Counted from the stretch's first letter, positions 1 to 10,303 are shown. The stretch is DNA of 64,000 nucleotides from Acidobacteriota bacterium (GCA_040755995.1 JBFMAF010000055.1:192001-256000), one strand, 5' to 3'. Notes: generated by a model not told the origin, from the letters alone. Translations and numbers: made by a program.

Positions 1-874
1 GATTCCGATAGATGATGTTGTTGTAGATTCGGATGATCTCGAGCAGGCCGCCCATTTCTGACGCCAGGGACATGCCGCAGCTATCGCTCTCTTTGACGTC
101 GTGGATGACGTTTCGATAGACGTCGATGTGGTGAGTGCGCCGTTCCCAGGCGTCCAGGTAGATCCCAACGTCGGAGGTGTGGTGGACGTTGTTGCCAAAA
201 ACCTTCCCGTACGACGACCCGTCCTTGATGCAGATTCCCTCCTTGTCCGGCGTGTCATGGACATGGTTGTTCCTGACCTCGAACTGTCTCGTCTGTGCGA
301 CGGAGATGGCCTCCTGCTGCCCGCCGGAGCATGCCTTCGACACGTCGTTCCCGTCGACGATCACATACGAGCACGTCCAGACGCCGATCCCGCACGAGGC
401 GGTGTTGGAGGTGATGTTCTTCTGGATGATGATCCTGCTGCAGTTGTCGGCATTGATGCCGTAATAGCTCGAGTTCGTGACCGTGAGTCCGGAGACTGTG
501 ACGTACCTCTTCCCTTCCATATGAAACAGCCCCACGTACTCGGGCACATCGATACCTTTCCCGTCGATCACGGCCTTTTCCCCGGCGTAGGATGAGTACG
601 TGATCCGATGGCTCTCGTCCGTTCCAGAGCCCTTTGCCTCGACTCTTTCCCTGTACGTGCCGGCTCTGATGTAGACAGTGTCGCCGGCGACCATCGTGTC
701 GGCCGCCTTCTGAATCGTGCGCCAGGGACTCGCCAGCGTTCCCGGGTTTGAGTCGTTGCCCGTAGTGGCCACGTAGTACACGGTGCCCTCTGGAGCCGCG
801 ACACAGACGGGCACAATCAGCGACAGGTAGCAGGCAGCGGCGCCAAGGGCGACGGTCAGTGTCTTGCAGTGCAT
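1..874 (-). CDS. Secreted right-handed parallel beta-helix protein (DUF1565-type N-terminus), runs off the left edge
   Basis: Manual translation MHCKTLTVALG...YYVATTGNDSNPGTLASPWRTIQKAADTMVAGDTVYIRAGTY; AGGAGG RBS upstream of the ATG. Confidence 0.8.
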   Translation of the reverse strand, partial: MHCKTLTVALGAAACYLSLIVPVCVAAPEGTVYYVATTGNDSNPGTLASPWRTIQKAADTMVAGDTVYIRAGTYRERVEAKGSGTDESHRITYSSYAGEKAVIDGKGIDVPEYVGLFHMEGKRYVTVSGLTVTNSSYYGINADNCSRIIIQKNITSNTASCGIGVWTCSYVIVDGNDVSKACSGGQQEAISVAQTRQFEVRNNHVHDTPDKEGICIKDGSSYGKVFGNNVHHTSDVGIYLDAWERRTHHIDVYRNVIHDVKESDSCGMSLASEMGGLLEIIRIYNNIIYRN

Positions 875-974
875 GGTCAACCTCCTGGTTGGGTTCATCC
901 AATCCATCCTATGCAACGACCGACGGGGCAGAATCCCCTCATCGGATCAAACACGAAGAAACCCGCGCCTCTCC

Positions 975-1199
975 TCACTTGGCCATAAGCAGGAGCCATG
1001 GCGTCCCCACCAGCAGATACACGGCGAGGTTGAAGGCTGTGGTGACGGCGCCCATCTTGTAGAGCTCACTCTGTGTCAGATACCCGCTCCCCGCGAAAAT
1101 GACGTTCGCGCTGGAACCCTGGGGCGTGATGGTGGAGAAGTGGTTGCTGGCGAAGAGCAAGGCGTAGGTCAGGGGCGCGAGCGGCACGCACGCATCCAC
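975..1199 (-). pseudogene. C-terminal fragment of a DASS/SLC13 anion transporter
   Basis: ITPQGSSANVIFAGSGYL...ELYKMG matches the DASS C-terminus; no upstream part present. Confidence 0.65.
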
Positions 1200-1317
1200 T
1201 CATTTGCAGGGGTCCCCGGATTTGCAGTATAAAGTCTTGGCACCGGACACGGGACGACTGCTCAGTTGGACGCTGCCGTCGCAACCCAGACACAGGTGAG
1301 GGAGACTGGACAAGGTC

Positions 1318-2271
1318 ATGGCCATCGAAGGACTTGAGTTCGAGGAGGAACTGATCCGGCTCCGCAAGGAGATCGCCGCGGCCAGGGCCGCCGGCCCACA
1401 GGCCGATGTCCGGCGCGAGGAGCTGACGAAACAGCACGACATTCTGGCCCGGCAGATCTTCGGCAAGCTGACCCCCTGGCAGGTCACGCAGGTGGCCCGC
1501 CACGCCCTCCGCCCCCACACCCTCGACCACATCTCGATGATCTTCGACGGGTTCTCGGAGATCCACGGTGATCGAAACTTTGGTGATGACCCCGCGATCG
1601 TGGGTGGCATGGCTTTCTTTCGCGGCGAGCCCGTGGTAGTTGTCGGTCATCAGAAGGGGCGCGACACGCGTCAGAGGGTCTACCGCAACTTCGGGCAGCC
1701 TCGACCGGAAGGCTATCGCAAGGCGCTTCGAATCATGAAGTTCGCCGAGAAGTTCTCTCGGCCGATCATCTCGATCGTGGACACCCCGGGTGCCTTCCCG
1801 GGGATCGAGGCAGAGGAGCGCGGTCAGGCCGAGGCCATCGCGAGGAATCTGCGCGACATGAGCCGTCTCAGAGTCCCGATCGTGGTGGTGGTGACGGGCG
1901 AGGGCGGGAGTGGCGGGGCGCTGGCCATCGCGGTCGGGGATCGCGTGCTCATGTTCGAGTACTCCATCTACTCGGTGATTTCGCCCGAGGGGTGTGCGGC
2001 GATCTTGTGGAGGGACAGCGGGCAGGCTCAGGCGGCCGCCGAGCAGCTCGGCCTCACCGCCGACCGCCTGCTCGCGCTCAAGCTGATCGATCAGATTCTG
2101 CCTGAGCCGTCGGGGGGCGCGCACGCGGATCCGCGCGGTGCCGCGGCGATCGTGGGAGATGCCATCGCCGAGAGCCTGAAGAAGCTCAAGGGGATCAAGC
2201 CGGCGAAGCTGGTGGAGCAGAGGCACGAGAAGTTCCGGCGCATGGGCATCTTCACGATCGTCGGTGAGTGA
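1318..2271 (+). CDS. accA: Acetyl-CoA carboxylase carboxyltransferase alpha subunit
   Basis: 317 aa; ARHALRP, GHQKGRDT, RNFGQPRPEGYRKALR, GEGGSGGALA, YSVISPEGCAAILW. Confidence 0.97.
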   Translation: MAIEGLEFEEELIRLRKEIAAARAAGPQADVRREELTKQHDILARQIFGKLTPWQVTQVARHALRPHTLDHISMIFDGFSEIHGDRNFGDDPAIVGGMAFFRGEPVVVVGHQKGRDTRQRVYRNFGQPRPEGYRKALRIMKFAEKFSRPIISIVDTPGAFPGIEAEERGQAEAIARNLRDMSRLRVPIVVVVTGEGGSGGALAIAVGDRVLMFEYSIYSVISPEGCAAILWRDSGQAQAAAEQLGLTADRLLALKLIDQILPEPSGGAHADPRGAAAIVGDAIAESLKKLKGIKPAKLVEQRHEKFRRMGIFTIVGE

Positions 2272-2819
2272 TGATCGTCGGGCAGAAGGTGCGGCTGCGA
2301 GCCATCGAGCGCGAGGACATTCCTGCGTTCGTGAAATGGTTCAACGACCCCGAGGTCCGTCAGTTCTTGAAGATGTTCGAGCCGATGAGCAAGGCCAAGG
2401 AAGAGCGATGGTTCGAGACGCAGCTGGAATCGCGCGACCAGTTCATCTTCGCAATCGAGGCGGCTGCCGATGGGCGATGGGTTCACATCGGAAACACCGG
2501 CCTGATGCAGATCGACTGGAAGAACCGGACGGCGGTTTTCGGCATCGTACTCGGCGAGAAGAACCTGTGGGGGAGGGGCTACGGCACCGAGGCGACGCGG
2601 CTCACGCTGCAGTACGCATTTCATCAGCTCAATCTGCACCGGGTCGAGCTCGACGTCTTCGACTACAACCCGCGCGCCGTCCGCTGCTACGAACGTGTAG
2701 GCTTCAAGCACGAGGGAGTTCGCCGCCAGGCCTTCTTCAATGCGGGACGCTACCACGACGTGCTTCGGATGGGCATCCTGCATGACGAGCTCCGGGACGA
2801 GGCCGGTGGTGCGGGCTAG
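2268..2819 (+). CDS. GNAT acetyltransferase, RimJ/RimL family
   Basis: VRLRAIEREDI, WGRGYGTEA, LNLHRVELDVFDYNPRAVRCYERVGF; overlaps the accA stop. Confidence 0.9.
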   Translation: MMIVGQKVRLRAIEREDIPAFVKWFNDPEVRQFLKMFEPMSKAKEERWFETQLESRDQFIFAIEAAADGRWVHIGNTGLMQIDWKNRTAVFGIVLGEKNLWGRGYGTEATRLTLQYAFHQLNLHRVELDVFDYNPRAVRCYERVGFKHEGVRRQAFFNAGRYHDVLRMGILHDELRDEAGGAG

Positions 2820-3097
2820 TCGCAGCCTACAGCGCCGGTCGAGTGCAGATTCATACGACTGACCCACCGCACGCTCGAGGCGCCGTCGTGGCTTCGCTCG
2901 TTCCTCGCCTCCTCGCGTCACCTTCCTTGACAATTGCGCGTGACGGACATATTTTGACGTGGAGCGTACCCACGTGGAGACCGTGAGCTTGACAGTTCCA
3001 CCGTCGATCCCGGCAACGGGCCACGCTGGTTGTGTTGCCAGGGGAATGGTCCGTGCTGAGATCGACCAGTCGCCTGCCGAGCGCGTGGAGGAGCGAC

Positions 3098-4765
3098 GTG
3101 GATAGGAGTCCAGAAAGTCCCTACCGCCGGCTGAGACGGCAGATGCTTCAGGTGCTGCTGCTCTTCGGGCTTGCTCCGCTGTTCGCAATCGGAGTCACGG
3201 GCTACATGGCCCAACGACAGCAGGTCGAGACCGGCATGCGGGATGTGCTGCAGGCAATGGTGAAGAACAGGAAAGCCACAGTGGAGCTTTTCCTTGAGGA
3301 GAAACTCAGAGAGCTGGAGCTGGCCGCGGAGTCCATGTCCGTTGCAGAGCTTTCGAAACCCGCTGTGCTCGAAGCGCTGCGTGACCGCATGCGGCGGGAA
3401 AGAGGCGGAATCGTCGACCTCGGCCTGATCGATGAAACGGGGCGGCACGTGGCCTACGTCGGACCTTACAGCCTGCTCGGCGTCAACTACCGCGATCAGG
3501 CGTGGTTCCAACAGGTCATGGTGCTTGGCCGTTACGAGAGCGACGTGTTCCTCGGCTTCAGACGATTTCCCCACATGGTCATGGCCGTGAAGAAGCGTGA
3601 AGGAGGCCACGATTTCATCCTTCGCGCGACGATCGACACCGACCTCCTCAGCGCCCTCGTGCGCGAGGGAGGGCTCGAGTCGCAAGCTGACGTTTTCATT
3701 TTGAACCGCGCCGGCGAGTATCAAACACAGTATTCGGATGACCACCGGTTGATGGAAAAAGCCGACCTGGGTGCTGTGCCGCTGCATTCAGGGGTGCGCA
3801 TCGTGGAGGGCCGGCAGCGCAGCCGCCACGAGTTCATCGCCACGGCATGGCTGCACGGCGAATCCTGGGTGTTGGTGGCGCGGAAGCAAATGCCGGGCGC
3901 CCTCTCGCTTGCTTTCTCTCAGCCCGGCGTCCTCCTGGTCCTCGTGCTCAGCGCCCTGCTCGTGCCCGTGCTCTCGGTGCTGGTCGTGCGCGTGCGGCTC
4001 CAACAGATAAAGACCCTGGAAGCTGAGCGAGGGGCGCTCTACGAGTCTGTCGCCCAGTCCGAGAAGATGGCAGCCATCGGCAGGCTTGCTGCAACCGTCG
4101 CGCACGAGATCAACAATCCTCTCGCGATCATCCAGGCACAGGTCGGCGTCCTGCTCGACTACCTGGAGGACAACCCCGACTCGCAGTCCGCCAAGGAGTT
4201 CCGCGAGAGGCTCAAGAAGATCGAGGGGCAGGTCGACCGAGGCCGGAAAGTCACCCACCGCCTCCTCGGCTTCTCCCGCCGCATCGGACCCGACATCGAG
4301 CCGGTGGACGTTCAGGCTGCTCTGGAGGAGGCGGTCGGCTTCGTGGAGAAAGAGGCCGAAGCCGCAGGCACGCGATTCGTTCGCAACTACGAACCGGATA
4401 TCCCAATCATCCGCAGCAGCCTGGCCCAGATGCAACAGGTGTTTCTCAACCTGGTCAACAATGCAATCGACGCGATGGGACACCAGGGTCAGATCCGGCT
4501 CTCGATCAGACCGGCACACCAGGGTGTCGAAGTCCAGGTCGCCGACAACGGTCCCGGGATCAGCCCAAAGGACCTGGAGAAGGTATTTCAGCCGTTTTTC
4601 TCCACGAAGGGCGGCGGCGGCAGCCACAGTGGGCTTGGACTTGCTATATGCAAAGAGGCCATGCAGAATCTGGGAGGCAAGATCGCTGTCGAGAGCGCCT
4701 TGGGAAAGGGGACAACCTTCACCCTGTGGTTCCCCGTGGATATTCAGGCCGCTCAGGGTCGCTAG
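3098..4765 (+). CDS. Membrane sensor histidine kinase (Cache-like periplasmic domain, NtrB-type HisKA/HATPase)
   Basis: H-box VAHEINNPL, N-box QVFLNLVNNAIDA, DNGPGI, FFSTK, GLGL; GTG start after GGAGGA. Confidence 0.92.
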   Translation: MDRSPESPYRRLRRQMLQVLLLFGLAPLFAIGVTGYMAQRQQVETGMRDVLQAMVKNRKATVELFLEEKLRELELAAESMSVAELSKPAVLEALRDRMRRERGGIVDLGLIDETGRHVAYVGPYSLLGVNYRDQAWFQQVMVLGRYESDVFLGFRRFPHMVMAVKKREGGHDFILRATIDTDLLSALVREGGLESQADVFILNRAGEYQTQYSDDHRLMEKADLGAVPLHSGVRIVEGRQRSRHEFIATAWLHGESWVLVARKQMPGALSLAFSQPGVLLVLVLSALLVPVLSVLVVRVRLQQIKTLEAERGALYESVAQSEKMAAIGRLAATVAHEINNPLAIIQAQVGVLLDYLEDNPDSQSAKEFRERLKKIEGQVDRGRKVTHRLLGFSRRIGPDIEPVDVQAALEEAVGFVEKEAEAAGTRFVRNYEPDIPIIRSSLAQMQQVFLNLVNNAIDAMGHQGQIRLSIRPAHQGVEVQVADNGPGISPKDLEKVFQPFFSTKGGGGSHSGLGLAICKEAMQNLGGKIAVESALGKGTTFTLWFPVDIQAAQGR

Positions 4766-4837
4766 GCAAGCCCGTCGAAGGGGCATCCTCGTGACGGCGG
4801 GCTTCGCCAAGGAGCCCTGCGGACACCCATTGGTACC

Positions 4838-7315
4838 ATGAACATCAGTAGTGTGGTCAGGAAGGCGCTCGATCGCCTGACACGGCGGCCGTCAGCCGTC
4901 AAAGTGACCACGAGCCGGGGCGCGCGGTTCAGGCTCATGTACGAGCGCTTTCGGGAGATCCTCAGCCTCAACGACACCACCCTGCAGCTCATCGCCGACA
5001 TCGAAGACCGAGTCTCCGGACGGAGGCCGTTCTCACTGGACACGGTGGTCAGGCGCGTCCGAAAGGCAACCCTGGAGGTCTTCGTCATGGTAAAAAACCT
5101 CAATCAGATCGCCGGCAATCGATACGGCGAACTGTACGAGACGCTCCGGAAGCTCAACGCTGCGCTTGAAGCCGCGTTCCCACAGGAACGCCAGGCCGAG
5201 AGCGGACCTCTGGTGGTCCCCGTCGAGCGATTGCAGGCTCCAGACGCGCAGCTAGCCGGAAGCAAGATGGCGAACCTCGGCGAGGTTCGCAACGAGGTCG
5301 GGCTGCCGGTTCCACCGGGTTTCGTCATCACCACGAACGCATTCGTGAGGTTCATGTCGGAAAACGAGCTCTGGGAGCGCGCCCAGCGCCTCGAATCGCT
5401 CCTTGAAACTCACGGAGCGCAGGCTCTCGCGGAGGCTTGCAGAGAAGTGCAGAGAGCTATCATGGACTCGCCGGTCCCGACTGAGCTCGCCGCTGCCATC
5501 CTCGACGCTTATGCGAGGCTCTACGACGGCGCCAGCGTGCCCGTAGCGATGCGGTCCAGCGCCGTGGGAGAAGACACCGCGAACTCGCATGCCGGGCAAT
5601 ACCGCACCGAGATCAACGTATCTCGAGATCGGTTGCTGGACGCCTACCGGTCGATAGTGGCGAGCACCTACGGTCCGAGCGCGGTGTCTTATCGATTCGA
5701 GCGTGGACTGACGGCCTACGAGGCGACCATGGCGGTCGGTTGCATCCGCATGGTGCAGCCCCGCTGCAGCGGGATCATGTTCTCTCGCGCATACGAAGAG
5801 AGGTCGGCCGATCGCGTCGTCGTCAGCGCCACAGGCGGTCTTGCCGCGGGTGTGGCTTCGGGGGAGGAGGGGGCCGAGGAGATCCTGATCGAGGCGGGCC
5901 GGCCACAGGCCCCACCCCGGTGCTCCCTGTCCGACTCCGACCTGGACTGGCTCGCACAAACCGCCCGCAGGCTCGAGTCGCACTTCGGCTCACCACAAGA
6001 CATCGAATGGGCCATCGATCCGGACGGCACGCGCTACGTCCTCCAGACCCGGCCCATGGTTCTGCCCGATATCATCGATGCGGAATCGCAGGCGGACGAT
6101 CGCGAGGCGATCCTTGCCGGCGGCCGGCCGGCCTTCTACGGCGCAGGCAATGGACCGGTCTTCATGGTCAAAACGGAGGAGGATCTCGATCGGTTCCCTG
6201 ATGGAGCCGTGTTGGTGGCACGCCACTCTTCCCCGACCTTCTCGCGAGTGATGCGCCGCTGCGCGGCGATCGTTACGGACATCGGATCGCCGACGGGCCA
6301 CATGGCCATCCTGGCGCGCGAGTTCGGCGTGCCGGCGATCGTGGGATTGGATGGCGCCACGCGTCTGTTGCAAGATCGCTCCTGGGTGACGGTCGACGCG
6401 ACACGCTGCCGGATCTATGAGGGCGTCGTCAGCATGCCCGCTCCGGTTCGCGATGAGCGTCGATCGCTGGCCGGCTCACCCGCGGTCCATGCGCTTCGCC
6501 GGATCGCGGAACTGGTCACGCCTTTGCGGCTGACTGATCCGTCCGGCCCCAGCTTCACGCCGGCCGGTTGCCAGTCGCTGCACGATGTCACAAGGTTCGT
6601 GCACGAAAGTGTATTTCGAGTCATGTTCCACTACGGGGAGCTGGCGGCGAGCGACAAGCAGTGCTCGGTGCGGCTCGAAGCGCGGCTCCCGATCCAGGTG
6701 CTCATCTTCGACGTCGGTGGAGGTATTGCGCAGGAGGCTCCGCACTCCGATCGAGTTCGCTTCGAGGAACTCTCATCGCTGCCCATCAAGGCCTTCCTCG
6801 GCGGGATGCTCGACGAGCGGATTCGGTGGGACCAGCCGCGGCCGGTCTCGGGGCGCGGCTTTCTGTCGGTGCTGGGCGAGAGCATGATCGGGCCTCCGCC
6901 GGAGGTGAGGCGCGTCGGAGGCCCCTCGTACGCCGTCATCTCCGATCAGTACATGAACTTCAGCACCAAGGCCGGATACCATTTCTCGACTGTGGACAGC
7001 TATTGCGGCGAGAGCCTGAACAAGAACTACGTGCATTTCCGCTTCGCCGGCGGCGGCGCCGACGACCAACGTCGCACGCGCCGGGTCCGGTTCCTCCAGA
7101 CGGTGCTCGCCTCACTTGAATTCCATGTGGAGACCAGAGGGGACGTGCTGGTCGGGCGGCTCGAGAAGTACGACCAGGAGACGATCTGCGCGAGGCTCGC
7201 CCAGCTAGGCCGGCTCACGATGGTCGCCCGCCAGATGGACATGCTCATGGACTCAGAGGCGAGCGCCGACTACTTCGCCCGCGCGTTCCTGGCGGGGGAG
7301 ATGGAGCGGTTCTAG
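4838..7315 (+). CDS. PEP/pyruvate dikinase-like protein (PPDK_N ATP-grasp plus PEP-utilizer phospho-His domain, atypical C-terminus)
   Basis: GSKMANLGE, VAMRSSAVGED, FGSPQDIEWA, VLQTRP, TDIGSPTGHMAILAREFGVPA. Confidence 0.88.
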   Translation: MNISSVVRKALDRLTRRPSAVKVTTSRGARFRLMYERFREILSLNDTTLQLIADIEDRVSGRRPFSLDTVVRRVRKATLEVFVMVKNLNQIAGNRYGELYETLRKLNAALEAAFPQERQAESGPLVVPVERLQAPDAQLAGSKMANLGEVRNEVGLPVPPGFVITTNAFVRFMSENELWERAQRLESLLETHGAQALAEACREVQRAIMDSPVPTELAAAILDAYARLYDGASVPVAMRSSAVGEDTANSHAGQYRTEINVSRDRLLDAYRSIVASTYGPSAVSYRFERGLTAYEATMAVGCIRMVQPRCSGIMFSRAYEERSADRVVVSATGGLAAGVASGEEGAEEILIEAGRPQAPPRCSLSDSDLDWLAQTARRLESHFGSPQDIEWAIDPDGTRYVLQTRPMVLPDIIDAESQADDREAILAGGRPAFYGAGNGPVFMVKTEEDLDRFPDGAVLVARHSSPTFSRVMRRCAAIVTDIGSPTGHMAILAREFGVPAIVGLDGATRLLQDRSWVTVDATRCRIYEGVVSMPAPVRDERRSLAGSPAVHALRRIAELVTPLRLTDPSGPSFTPAGCQSLHDVTRFVHESVFRVMFHYGELAASDKQCSVRLEARLPIQVLIFDVGGGIAQEAPHSDRVRFEELSSLPIKAFLGGMLDERIRWDQPRPVSGRGFLSVLGESMIGPPPEVRRVGGPSYAVISDQYMNFSTKAGYHFSTVDSYCGESLNKNYVHFRFAGGGADDQRRTRRVRFLQTVLASLEFHVETRGDVLVGRLEKYDQETICARLAQLGRLTMVARQMDMLMDSEASADYFARAFLAGEMERF

Positions 7316-7320
7316 GAGGA

Positions 7321-7380
7321 GACGCGGTGACGCAGAGACGCGGTGACCCAACAACTTCCGTGTGGCCGTTTCGCCGCCCT
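7321..7380. repeat. Short 8-mer tandem repeat (GACGCRGW x3) with a degenerate inverse copy, between convergent genes
   Basis: gacgcggt-gacgcaga-gacgcggt followed by ccgtgtggccgtttcgccgc. Confidence 0.45.
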
Positions 7381-7521
7381 CGTCTCTTCAACCTGCGACC
7401 CGTCGCAACCTGTCGCACGCAGAGCGTAGCTCCGCTCAGGGGCGGAAGTCAGCCAATGCCCAGGTTGGCACAGCGCCTCCGCGCCCCTCGCGCGTTCAAG
7501 GTTACCGTCCGAGTCAAGTTG

Positions 7522-8805
7522 CTACCGATCAAACTGCGATTGCGCGACCGGAGCGACGGGCGCCGGCAACGCTGAGAAATCCACGCCGAGATCCTTCCCA
7601 TCGGACGCTTTTCCTTTGGCAGGGCTGACCGGGCTCAACGTATAGTCACCACCTGTGGGATTGGTGAACAACGGATCGGCCAAGAGGCAATTCGCGCCGT
7701 AGCCCGGATGCTTGGCCTGGAATTCGCTCAGGCTCAGCACGTCGTAGTACGGAAACGTGTGCGTCTCACTCAGATCCCCCCAACTCACGATCGCGTCCGG
7801 CTCGCCGGCATTGAAGAACAGGTTGTATAGATACTCGTTGTCGATCGGTCCGTACAGCCTCTCGATCAGCGGATCGCGATCCGTCGTGGTGCTGCTTCCG
7901 ATCACCAACGGCACGTTGCTCGTTCCCCCGGCGCCTCCGACCACGCAGATGTTGTCTCGCACTCGCGAGTGAGCGCTGGGGATGCAGAAGCCCTCGGAGC
8001 CGGGCTTCGAGCCAGTGAGGTTGCTCGTCCCTTCATAGATGTAGACCGCGCCGCCCGAAGGCTCCACGATCGTGTTGTGTACAACCTTGGTGCCGATTCC
8101 ACCGTAGAAGGTGATACCCCACGCTTCTTTGACACCGTTGTTGAAGGTCAGGTTGTTCAGGATCCGGTTCAGGTCGCCGCGTTTGATGCGTATGGGCGCT
8201 TCGTCGCTGTACGAGACGACGTTGTTCAGGATGAAGTTGCGGTGGCTCACGACCAGGTGCATCCCGGCATCGTTGTGGTGAATCACGTTGTTCGCGAACA
8301 CGCAGTTCTGCGCTCCGTACCCCGTCCGCGTCAGCGGAAACGCCTTTATTGCGGCTCCGTGCGCAACCGCTGTCCCCTCGCCGCCATAGGCCCCGGTCAG
8401 CTCGAACCCATGGATCTTGATGTACTGCACCCCAGCCAGGTCGAAACACGCGTAGCTCGGGGAGTCGATCACCACGCGGTCATCGTCGTATGCCAGGAAC
8501 TTGATCATCTTGCCGCGCTGACCGGATTTCCTGACAGACACCATCTCGCTGTATGTCCCCTCCTTCACGAAGATCATCGTGCCGGGGCGGGCGCGGTCCG
8601 CCGCCGCCTGTATGCTGCACAATGGTGCACTCTCAGTACCCGAGTTGTCGTCACTGCAGGACGGACAGTTGACGTCGACGAAGATGACCTGCGGCGGGAC
8701 CGCGTCCACAGCGAAACCATTGCCGCTGGAGTCCGCCGCCTGGTCCGCCCAGACGAAGGACAGGCCAAGCCCCATGAGAAGACACAAGACGAATGCCGTG
8801 CGCAC
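7522..8805 (-). CDS. Secreted right-handed beta-helix protein (DUF1565/NosD-like repeats)
   Basis: Signal peptide; SDDNSGTESAPLCSIQAAADRARPG; N-rich repeats; DPLF...DYTLSPVSPAKGKASDGKDLG tail. Confidence 0.85.
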   Translation of the reverse strand: MRTAFVLCLLMGLGLSFVWADQAADSSGNGFAVDAVPPQVIFVDVNCPSCSDDNSGTESAPLCSIQAAADRARPGTMIFVKEGTYSEMVSVRKSGQRGKMIKFLAYDDDRVVIDSPSYACFDLAGVQYIKIHGFELTGAYGGEGTAVAHGAAIKAFPLTRTGYGAQNCVFANNVIHHNDAGMHLVVSHRNFILNNVVSYSDEAPIRIKRGDLNRILNNLTFNNGVKEAWGITFYGGIGTKVVHNTIVEPSGGAVYIYEGTSNLTGSKPGSEGFCIPSAHSRVRDNICVVGGAGGTSNVPLVIGSSTTTDRDPLIERLYGPIDNEYLYNLFFNAGEPDAIVSWGDLSETHTFPYYDVLSLSEFQAKHPGYGANCLLADPLFTNPTGGDYTLSPVSPAKGKASDGKDLGVDFSALPAPVAPVAQSQFDR

Positions 8806-8877
8806 GGCGCCGTGGTTACGATGTGCATCGATTCGCTAAAAGCCCACTTTCATCGGATGACGCTCGACTCGCTAGAC

Positions 8878-9333
8878 ATGCCTGGCGAGACCCTGTTGTG
8901 GGCGTGGCGCGCAGTGGCATTTCAATCGGATCTCGAAAGACAAGGAAAGACGGCCGCGCCGGGCGTCACCGTTCCCGATGAATACAGCAGCTATGAGCTA
9001 TACCACATCAGAAGTGATGACTTCCTCAAGCCTAGCGGTCCCCTGCACTCTCAGGGCGTGCACGACGGAGATGTCTTTGTTCTGCTCCACAGGCACAGGG
9101 ATCTTGAGGCAACCCTCGGTTTTCTGCGAGCTCAGCGATTCCCGGTGACCGTCCCTCTTCGCGTGCCTGACACCAAGGTATTGCTGACTCTCGCAGAGAA
9201 TGATCAGCTCCGAGAACCACCGCGTGCAAAGGAAGGCCGCTCAGCGTTAGTATTGCGGAGAGCTGTCCGTGCCATTCCTTATGCGGGACCGGCGCTCGAA
9301 GCACTCCTGTTAGGACGAGAAAGTGACGAGTGA
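8878..9333 (+). CDS. Hypothetical gene-cassette protein
   Basis: 3' part of the 7969..9333 ORF; followed 12 nt later by an attC site. Confidence 0.55.
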   Translation: MPGETLLWAWRAVAFQSDLERQGKTAAPGVTVPDEYSSYELYHIRSDDFLKPSGPLHSQGVHDGDVFVLLHRHRDLEATLGFLRAQRFPVTVPLRVPDTKVLLTLAENDQLREPPRAKEGRSALVLRRAVRAIPYAGPALEALLLGRESDE

Positions 9334-9345
9334 AATTGACCAGGG

Positions 9346-9406
9346 GGCTAACCAGCCGCTCCACACGGACTCGGCTTCGCCGAGCCGGTGAGCGGAACCG
9401 TTATGC
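9346..9406 (+). other. Integron attC site
   Basis: R'' GGCTAAC, ccgctccac...ctcggcttcgccgag...gtgagcgg palindrome, R' GTTATGC. Confidence 0.85.
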
Positions 9407-9763
9407 CGCAGCGCGTCTTCCCTCGCGCTTCCGGGCGCGTGTGGATCGGTGAGGGGAGGGGATGGCAACGTCCAGTAGAGCATCGGGATGTGCCGCAGCT
9501 ACCCGAAGCAGTACCTTTGCTGGGCCTTCCGGCTGGCGACGCCGTTGTTCCCAGTTCTGCAGGGTGTCGACACTGATGCCAAGGAGTGCCGCAAACTTCG
9601 CCTGGCTCAGGCGAAACCGCCCCCGGAGGGCGGCCACGTCGGGCGTCCCTCGAGCGAGGACATCCGTGCCGCGTGTGACGCGCGACGGCTTCAACGTTCC
9701 AGCTTCAATCTCCTTCATCTGGCGAACGCTTTCTACCAATTGCTCGAACAGTTCCTTCTTCAT
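9401..9763 (-). CDS. higA: HigA-type XRE HTH antitoxin
   Basis: MKKELFEQLVESV...LSQAKFAALLGISVDTLQNWEQRRRQPEGPAKVLL. Confidence 0.88.
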   Translation of the reverse strand: MKKELFEQLVESVRQMKEIEAGTLKPSRVTRGTDVLARGTPDVAALRGRFRLSQAKFAALLGISVDTLQNWEQRRRQPEGPAKVLLRVAAAHPDALLDVAIPSPHRSTRARKREGRRAAA

Positions 9764-9767
9764 GTAC

Positions 9768-10088
9768 TCAGCTCTCCTTCTCGGCTGCGACCAGACTGCG
9801 CAGCACCCTCAGTTCCTCCGGGCGGAGATCCGACCGCACGTTCTTGGGGTACAGGAACAGAAGGCACAAGCGTGTCGCCGAGCCCATCCAGTAGTAGATC
9901 ACGCGCGCCCCGCCACGCTTTCCGCGGCCGCTCAGGCGCCAGCGCAGCTTTCTCAGGCCACCAGAGCGGGGAATCACTGGTCCGGCATCGGGTCGCAAGA
10001 CCAGGTAGAGTTGCAGCTGCCGGTACTCCTCATCAGACAGCCGTTCAACGACCTGCCTGGTGAAGACCGGTGTTTCGATCAACTCCAT
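9768..10088 (-). CDS. higB: HigB/RelE-family toxin
   Basis: MELIETPVFTRQ...PDAGPVIPRSGGLRKLRW...GKRGGARVIYY; toxin-first order. Confidence 0.88.
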   Translation of the reverse strand: MELIETPVFTRQVVERLSDEEYRQLQLYLVLRPDAGPVIPRSGGLRKLRWRLSGRGKRGGARVIYYWMGSATRLCLLFLYPKNVRSDLRPEELRVLRSLVAAEKES

Positions 10089-10094
10089 GCAAGA

Positions 10095-10123
10095 AGTATA
10101 CGCCAACGACGTACGGTCGTCAA
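10095..10123 (-). promoter_or_regulatory. sigma70 promoter of higBA with overlapping imperfect palindromic operator
   Basis: Minus strand TTGACG-17 bp-TATACT; gtacgtcgttggcgtat. Confidence 0.75.
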
Positions 10124-10131
10124 CACCGCGT

Positions 10132-10224
10132 GCATGACTCGCTGTTCCACCTGCCGCCGCGCTCTTCAGCCGTGGTATCGTGCCCCAGTCGTCAGCGGCG
10201 GCGCAGGTGAACAGCACGTTCGCC
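10132..10224 (+). other. Integron attC site
   Basis: R'' GCATGAC (near complement of the cassette's GTTATGC), gctgttccacctgccgccgc...gcggcggcgcaggtgaacagc, R' GTTCGCC. Confidence 0.75.
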
Positions 10225-10266
10225 TGCGAGCACTGCCGCAAGTGATCTCACGAGACCGCCTGTGCC

Positions 10267-10295
10267 TTGATTCTGACCAAACTTATGGTCATAAT
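10267..10295 (+). promoter_or_regulatory. sigma70 promoter with TGACCA-N6-TGGTCA operator
   Basis: TTGATT-17 bp-CATAAT; palindrome in the spacer. Confidence 0.7.
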
Positions 10296-10303
10296 GCTGC
10301 TGG

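Noticed and set aside
1066..2226. Long antisense ORFs (also 3788-4810, 16735-18573, 50284-51582, 55302-56987)
   Set aside because: Shadows of clear genes on the opposite strand, as expected at high GC; no motifs.
7969..8877. 5' part of the 454-aa + strand ORF
   Set aside because: Antisense shadow of the beta-helix gene; only the portion from 8878 is plausible.
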